A DNA stretch of 62,911 nt, the filler included, from Licmophora abbreviata (taxonomy: Eukaryota), in the NCBI GenBank assembly GCA_900291995.1. It is 11 parts of 11 records of this genome, joined end to end, with 100 filler letters (N's around TTAATTAATTAA, not from the genome) between each part and the next. Parts side by side here need not be neighbours in the genome. Positions count along the whole stretch, not along the records: positions 47,927 to 62,911 come from OLMU01002012.1; 10 more parts are not named here. One strand, given 5' to 3'. The notes beneath the pieces are model-generated. The model was not told where the DNA came from, ran no database searches, and was given only the letters and a program-made list of their open reading frames with translations. Positions 58,046 through 62,911 of the stretch are shown piece by piece; the stretch's first letter is position 1, and each line of letters starts with the position of its first letter. Position numbers and translations under genes: made by a program.

Positions 58046-60490
58046 TCAATCGTCGTCCTCATTCACAGTCATCGTCCAGACCGGGGACGGAAACGATGCC
58101 AACATCGATTGGCGTTCCTTCGTTCGAAAACCTTCCATCTCATCTGAATCCGTCGACAGGAGCGATCTATTACTGCTATCCATCATCAATATCGATGACA
58201 TTTCGCTCGCACGCATCTTTCGACCGCCCATCGTCACCACAGATGTCATCTCGCTCGCACGCATCTTGCGATCGCCCTCTCGCCACTGCTTGGACTGCCG
58301 ATCGCGGATATGGTGTCGTCGTTCGAGTTCGTCCATGACGTCTTCCGGGATGGGAGGAACGGCCGCGTGCAGGAGGAGTCCGAGAAAGACGAGCACGCGC
58401 TCGAGTGCGAAAATGACAAAGACAACAATCCAACCCTGGTTGGGTGCCAGTCTCGTCTTGTCATTTTCGTGCTCGTAGACGTAAAAACCCGGCAGGAACG
58501 CCATCATTTGGTCCGATGTAAAGCCAAAAATCAAACAGTTTGTAAGTGCACTGAGCCAAATGATGGCGTTGATCAAAGTCTTCCACATTCCGAGGCCGTC
58601 GCTTCGGAAACTTCGGGGACGACGGCAGAGATAGGTGAGTTTGAAATAGTCGGCATGCATCTCAATGATGTTGGACACAATGGCAATGACCGATGCCAGC
58701 GGAAACGCGGCCGCAAACAGCGTTACGTAGCCAAGCTCAATGACAATCTCCATGTAGTCATCAAACTGTTCATACTCGTCCCGATCAGCTTCGTCAATCA
58801 AGCGCGAAGCGGACGACGACGTCTTGGTTTTGTCGTCCTTTTTATGTTGTCCGATGTTCATATGGTGCCGACGATGCGCGATTTGCTGGACAATCATCGG
58901 AAGAATGCACTCGAGAGCCAGGCGACGGAAGGTATCAATGTTGAAAACACTTATCAGCTCCAGACGCAGTCGATGAACGTCTCGCTCGTAAAAAGCCAAG
59001 TAAAACAGAGCCACGTAGCAATCAAAGGCTTCAAACAGGAAGCGCTTCAAAATGAGCGAGTTGCAGTGACTTCGATGCGTCTCGTGGTTCTCCCACTCAG
59101 TGAGCCATTCCGCGACTGTCCTATACATGAGGTTCATGGAAAAGATGCAGCAAACATGGAGAACGGCAGGAAGATAGCATCGCCAATTGGAATTGGCATC
59201 AAAAATCCTCCCATCTTCGGCCCATGCGGCGAGGTACGGAAAGAAGAAGGGATGAGGATATTCGTCGGTCCATCGCTTCGGGTCTGTTCTAGGATGAATA
59301 AAGCCCTGAACATTCAAGGACAGAATCATGACAAAGAAGGCCACACCCAACAACACACACGTAACCAGTCCGCTGGTCGCAATCTTCAAGCGGCGCTTGT
59401 ACGTGGGATAGTATGTTTCCCACCGCCCCGTCAAGGGTGAGACACGCAGTTGACCTCGAAACTCGGGTCGTTTCGTAAAGTACCGCTGCTTCTGATAGTC
59501 TATAGGCGAGAAGGTCCCCCAGCGATAGGCCAATCGATGTTCGTGTCGTTCCCAAAAGATAGAAAACAACACTGCCCACACAAAGCATCCAATACCAAAG
59601 ATGGCTGCAAAGGGATCGTCGTCCACCGTCTCGTCTCGATACAAGCGCGCCCCGTAAACTAGTACCCCAAAGACTGCAGGCACACAGAGCCACTTGGTCA
59701 AAAACTCCATCCATCCAAAGTAAAAGGCAATCTCTTCGCCGTAATAATCCCGAATCGAATCGACGGGAGGAAAGAGGCCACCCCACGCTTGGCGCCATAC
59801 GTGATTGCGAAGACTAGGTAAATGCAAGGGCGTGACCATGTCGATGTAGCCGTTGGCCTGCATGACGTGGCGCAAGCAGTCACTTCGAGTTTCCGTGAGT
59901 GAAGGTTGTTGTTGTTGTTGTTGTTGTTGTTGCGACAATAATCCGGTGCCACTAACACTACTTTCAGTACTGCTTGCGTGTCGATAGATGACGCGATCTT
60001 CATCGAGGGCTCGGGACAGATTCGACGAGAGTTCGCCCTGCGGCAAGACTTCAATGGTATCCAAAATACTCCAGACCAAGAGTGACCAGTCGTTGTAGGA
60101 AAAGAGTCCCTTTGCATCTCGCACACTTTGTGTAGTTGTATCATCATTACTGGAAGGACCCAAGCTAAACTGGTGCACGTTCGAAACGCGGACATACTCC
60201 ATAATGTGCGTGTCTCGCGTCTTTTTTTTCAATCGAATGTGTTGCGCTTCGGCAAGGAGTTCCGCCGGATGGGCGGTAATACCAAAGTACGTCACTCCAT
60301 CCTCACTATCTTGTAGTACCACATGCAAGCCGCCCTCCTGTAAGCGTTCTTGGACCAAGGCGGGAAAGTTATTGGTAGACCCTTGCTTCTTGGTGAAGCG
60401 CATCAAGAGGAGTGGAGTGCTTTCGACGGGAGGGAGCGTCATCGGAGGATGCTTTGTTGTATGCGTAGGTCTGGAGTAGTATTTCATCAT
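58046..60490 (-). CDS. Anoctamin/TMEM16 channel or scramblase
   Basis: IRDYYGEEIAFYFGW, LTEWENHET, FDDYMEIVIELGYVTLFAAAFPLA, RRP...LGMW. Confidence 0.93.
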   Translation of the reverse strand: MMKYYSRPTHTTKHPPMTLPPVESTPLLLMRFTKKQGSTNNFPALVQERLQEGGLHVVLQDSEDGVTYFGITAHPAELLAEAQHIRLKKKTRDTHIMEYVRVSNVHQFSLGPSSNDDTTTQSVRDAKGLFSYNDWSLLVWSILDTIEVLPQGELSSNLSRALDEDRVIYRHASSTESSVSGTGLLSQQQQQQQQQPSLTETRSDCLRHVMQANGYIDMVTPLHLPSLRNHVWRQAWGGLFPPVDSIRDYYGEEIAFYFGWMEFLTKWLCVPAVFGVLVYGARLYRDETVDDDPFAAIFGIGCFVWAVLFSIFWERHEHRLAYRWGTFSPIDYQKQRYFTKRPEFRGQLRVSPLTGRWETYYPTYKRRLKIATSGLVTCVLLGVAFFVMILSLNVQGFIHPRTDPKRWTDEYPHPFFFPYLAAWAEDGRIFDANSNWRCYLPAVLHVCCIFSMNLMYRTVAEWLTEWENHETHRSHCNSLILKRFLFEAFDCYVALFYLAFYERDVHRLRLELISVFNIDTFRRLALECILPMIVQQIAHRRHHMNIGQHKKDDKTKTSSSASRLIDEADRDEYEQFDDYMEIVIELGYVTLFAAAFPLASVIAIVSNIIEMHADYFKLTYLCRRPRSFRSDGLGMWKTLINAIIWLSALTNCLIFGFTSDQMMAFLPGFYVYEHENDKTRLAPNQGWIVVFVIFALERVLVFLGLLLHAAVPPIPEDVMDELERRHHIRDRQSKQWREGDRKMRASEMTSVVTMGGRKMRASEMSSILMMDSSNRSLLSTDSDEMEGFRTKERQSMLASFPSPVWTMTVNEDDD

Positions 60491-60742
60491 ATATTCTGAC
60501 TACGATTGTAAGGCAGTGATCGGATCTGCTGCTTCATTCGGTGTTGAGTATAGTACGGCACAACCGGAGCGTTCATCGGTGTGTCATCGTCTTGGATCAC
60601 CACGGTGATGTTTTCTCTATTTTTGGGTGATATTTTCTTTATGTTGTTTTCTTCTGTTTGGACTCAATTTTGGAAAAAAGAAAGACGAAAATCTAAAATT
60701 CAAAGTTTGTTGGCAAAGTTTGCGAAAAAGGTATCCTGGACC

Positions 60743-61818
60743 ATGATGGAGACGACGACGCAGCTTCCGCAGGACGCGGCGGAGGATGATGCGCCACCAG
60801 CCCGCAGCTGCCATACGTATAACACAAACTGGGTACACGCATCGTCATGGTCGTCCTCCGTCATTCCCCCCATGAACGAAAGTCGCTTTAGTCATGCAGC
60901 AGCAGTACTCAAGAATGACAACAACAGCAAGGGAGAAAGCATTGTCGTGCTGGGTGGATACATCGGGTATACGACGGCATCTTCGGTCGCACTACTACAA
61001 ATGAGCAAGACAACTTCAACCTGGAAGTGCCTCAGTCCTTGCATGACAGAAGAACGAGCAGGTTGTGTGGCTCTTGTCGTGGAGGATGCCATCTATGCCA
61101 TTGGAGGATACGGTTCCAAATCCATGATGGAACGATTGAAATTCGATCGACTGGACAGTGACGACGACTTCTACAATATGAATACTAAAATGTGGCATCC
61201 CATCACTAGTACCATGGAAGAGCAAGAAGAACCATCACGCGGCGGCTGTGCCGCTGTCGTGGCAGACGACACCATTCTCATCTTTGGTGGATTGTCCCAC
61301 CAACGACGACGACAAGTACTTGTCACTGTTCCAATGTACAATCTCACCACGAAACAATGGAAATCATCCGAAGAAGAAGAAAAGACAGACTTATCATGCC
61401 CACACCTCGCGCCTATCATGTTGCAGTCCGCATGGGAACAAAGGTCTATCTAGTAGGAGGAGAAGACAATGAGGGGAATGTAGTCTCAAGTGTCCATGTC
61501 TTGAATCTCACCAACTTTACTTGGACGACACTGTCCAAAGACATGCCGCAGCCATCCAAATACTGCGCGGCGACAGCAATCGATGAGACTCATTTCGTGG
61601 TAGCCGGCGGACGAGATGCAAACGATGCGGTCCTGGCGACTGTATGGCTCTTCGATTGCGATAGCGAAGAATGGACTTTACTTCCTGGACTGTCGCAGGC
61701 TCGATCCGCTTGTGCACTCGTCAAGAGGGGATCATCGACGTTGGTCGTACTGGGTGGCAAGGGTGCGGACGGCCGTGCTGTCAATGTCATTGAATCACTC
61801 GAGATGGAGAGGAACTAG
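60743..61818 (+). CDS. Kelch-repeat protein with a 1-nt frameshift at ~61382
   Basis: Seven GG-containing kelch-like blades across ORFs 60581-61453 and 61357-61818 (VVLGG, YAIGG, LIFGG, YLVGG, VVAGG, VVLGG); adding one A in the 61380-61383 run joins them. Confidence 0.82.
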
Positions 61819-61913
61819 GTAGATGTGGTGAACTATTATGTATCTTAAGAAGAAGTAATGAAAACTACTTGCTAGCGAGGAACGCATCTTGTTCTTTGAT
61901 TAATCGGCCGTCA

Positions 61914-62839
61914 TCAAAGCGCACTAGCGGTTTTCTGTGGGTCCATACCATTGGCAAAGAAAGCGTTCCATGGTTCCGCCTGCAATACCGCATTGGCGTC
62001 AATCGAACAAAACATGCCTGCTTCTGCCGCTTCCCAAAACTCTGTTCGATGTTGTGTTTCACCTTGCGGCGACGCATGGAATTCCGGGAGCGTGCTTGCC
62101 TCCATATCGACCGACATGTTGAGAAAGAGCTCCAACTCATTGTGCTCAGGACATAGAGTAGGAAAGTCGAAGACGGTCAGGTTAAGCGTGCTCTCTTGAA
62201 ACATTTGTGCAGCTTCTTCCGCTTGGCGACGACGATGTTGACGCCTATCCAGCATGCCCCTGGCTTCCGCTTCCGTAACTAGCACATCGTAATATCGAGG
62301 AGGTCGGAAGGGATTGACTATCCGTTCCGTTTCATTCTTCTCGTCGCTGTCTAGACTGTATCGACATAAATGTGGAGCATTTGGCAGTACGTTGCAGAAA
62401 AAGTTGCTTCGAATCGTCATGGAGTCGTTGTGCATGTTGAAAATCACGATTGGGACATGTGGTTTAATCATGGTCACAACCGTGTCCGAAAAGAAGTAAG
62501 GTTGATTCCACTGGCGCTGCGGGGTCTTGAAGAAGTTTGGAAATAGTGGCTCGAGGACTTTTCCGCCTGCACTGGGCCACTTGTTGAGCATAGGCTTTGT
62601 GGGTCGGTACGATTCGTGTTGCTGTTTGGCACTGGGCAGCCACTGATAGTAGCGTCGGTATCCAATCACTACCAATACGTTCCAGTCCTCCTGCAGTGAC
62701 TCTTGCAGCGCGAGCCAGTCCATCGGCGCCTGGCCAATATCACGAAAGTCAGTCGCTTTGTATGATAGCGTTTCGTCCGACAAGATGATGGACTTGCCCC
62801 GATACAGCTCTAGTTGTTGAAGAAAGTTTCTCCAGCAGT
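61914..62839 (-). CDS. Last exon of a hypothetical protein, possibly sulfotransferase-fold; 5' part outside window
   Basis: Acceptor TAG at ~62840; IILSDE...VVIGYRRYYQWLPS. Confidence 0.5.
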
Positions 62840-62911
62840 CTATTTGGGCAAAGGCATGAGTAAGATTGGAGACATTTCTCGCAATGGTTTTGTTTTGGGA
62901 GAAGTCAACCC

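Noticed and set aside
9365..61400. Programmed ribosomal frameshifting at the two frameshift sites
   Set aside because: Both are 1-nt indels in short A runs with no clear slippery heptamer plus stimulatory structure; sequencing error is simpler

Overview
This is gene-dense eukaryotic nuclear DNA, very probably from a diatom. The evidence is short (~85-130 nt) GT-AG introns, many bipartite signal-peptide plus F/W plastid-targeting N-termini, a nuclear-encoded plastid sigma factor, a PPR protein and eukaryotic RPS2. The window is a scaffold of 11 contigs joined by ten artificial 100-nt spacers (44 N + TTAATTAATTAA + 44 N). At four spacers the flanks overlap, so genes continue across them. About 35 protein-coding genes are supported. 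I found no CRISPR array, tRNA, rRNA or transposon. The ORF track misses or breaks several genes. Two are UGA-recoded selenoprotein genes: an N-acylated SelW/Rdx-like gene followed by two tandem SECIS-like hairpins with compensatory changes, and a SelT gene with an atypical SECIS candidate. A small two-exon complex I subunit-like gene has a strongly structured intron, and an HI0933 flavoprotein has part of its GRCN motif on a 7-nt microexon. Other notable proteins are a prolyl-4-hydroxylase/GT60 (PhyA-Gnt1) fusion, an NSF-like AAA ATPase with plastid-type targeting, a mucin-like surface protein with an unrecognised 8-Cys tandem repeat, a TBC RabGAP paralog lacking both catalytic fingers, and a large GT25 fusion protein. 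All calls come from reading motifs by eye; no database searches were run.
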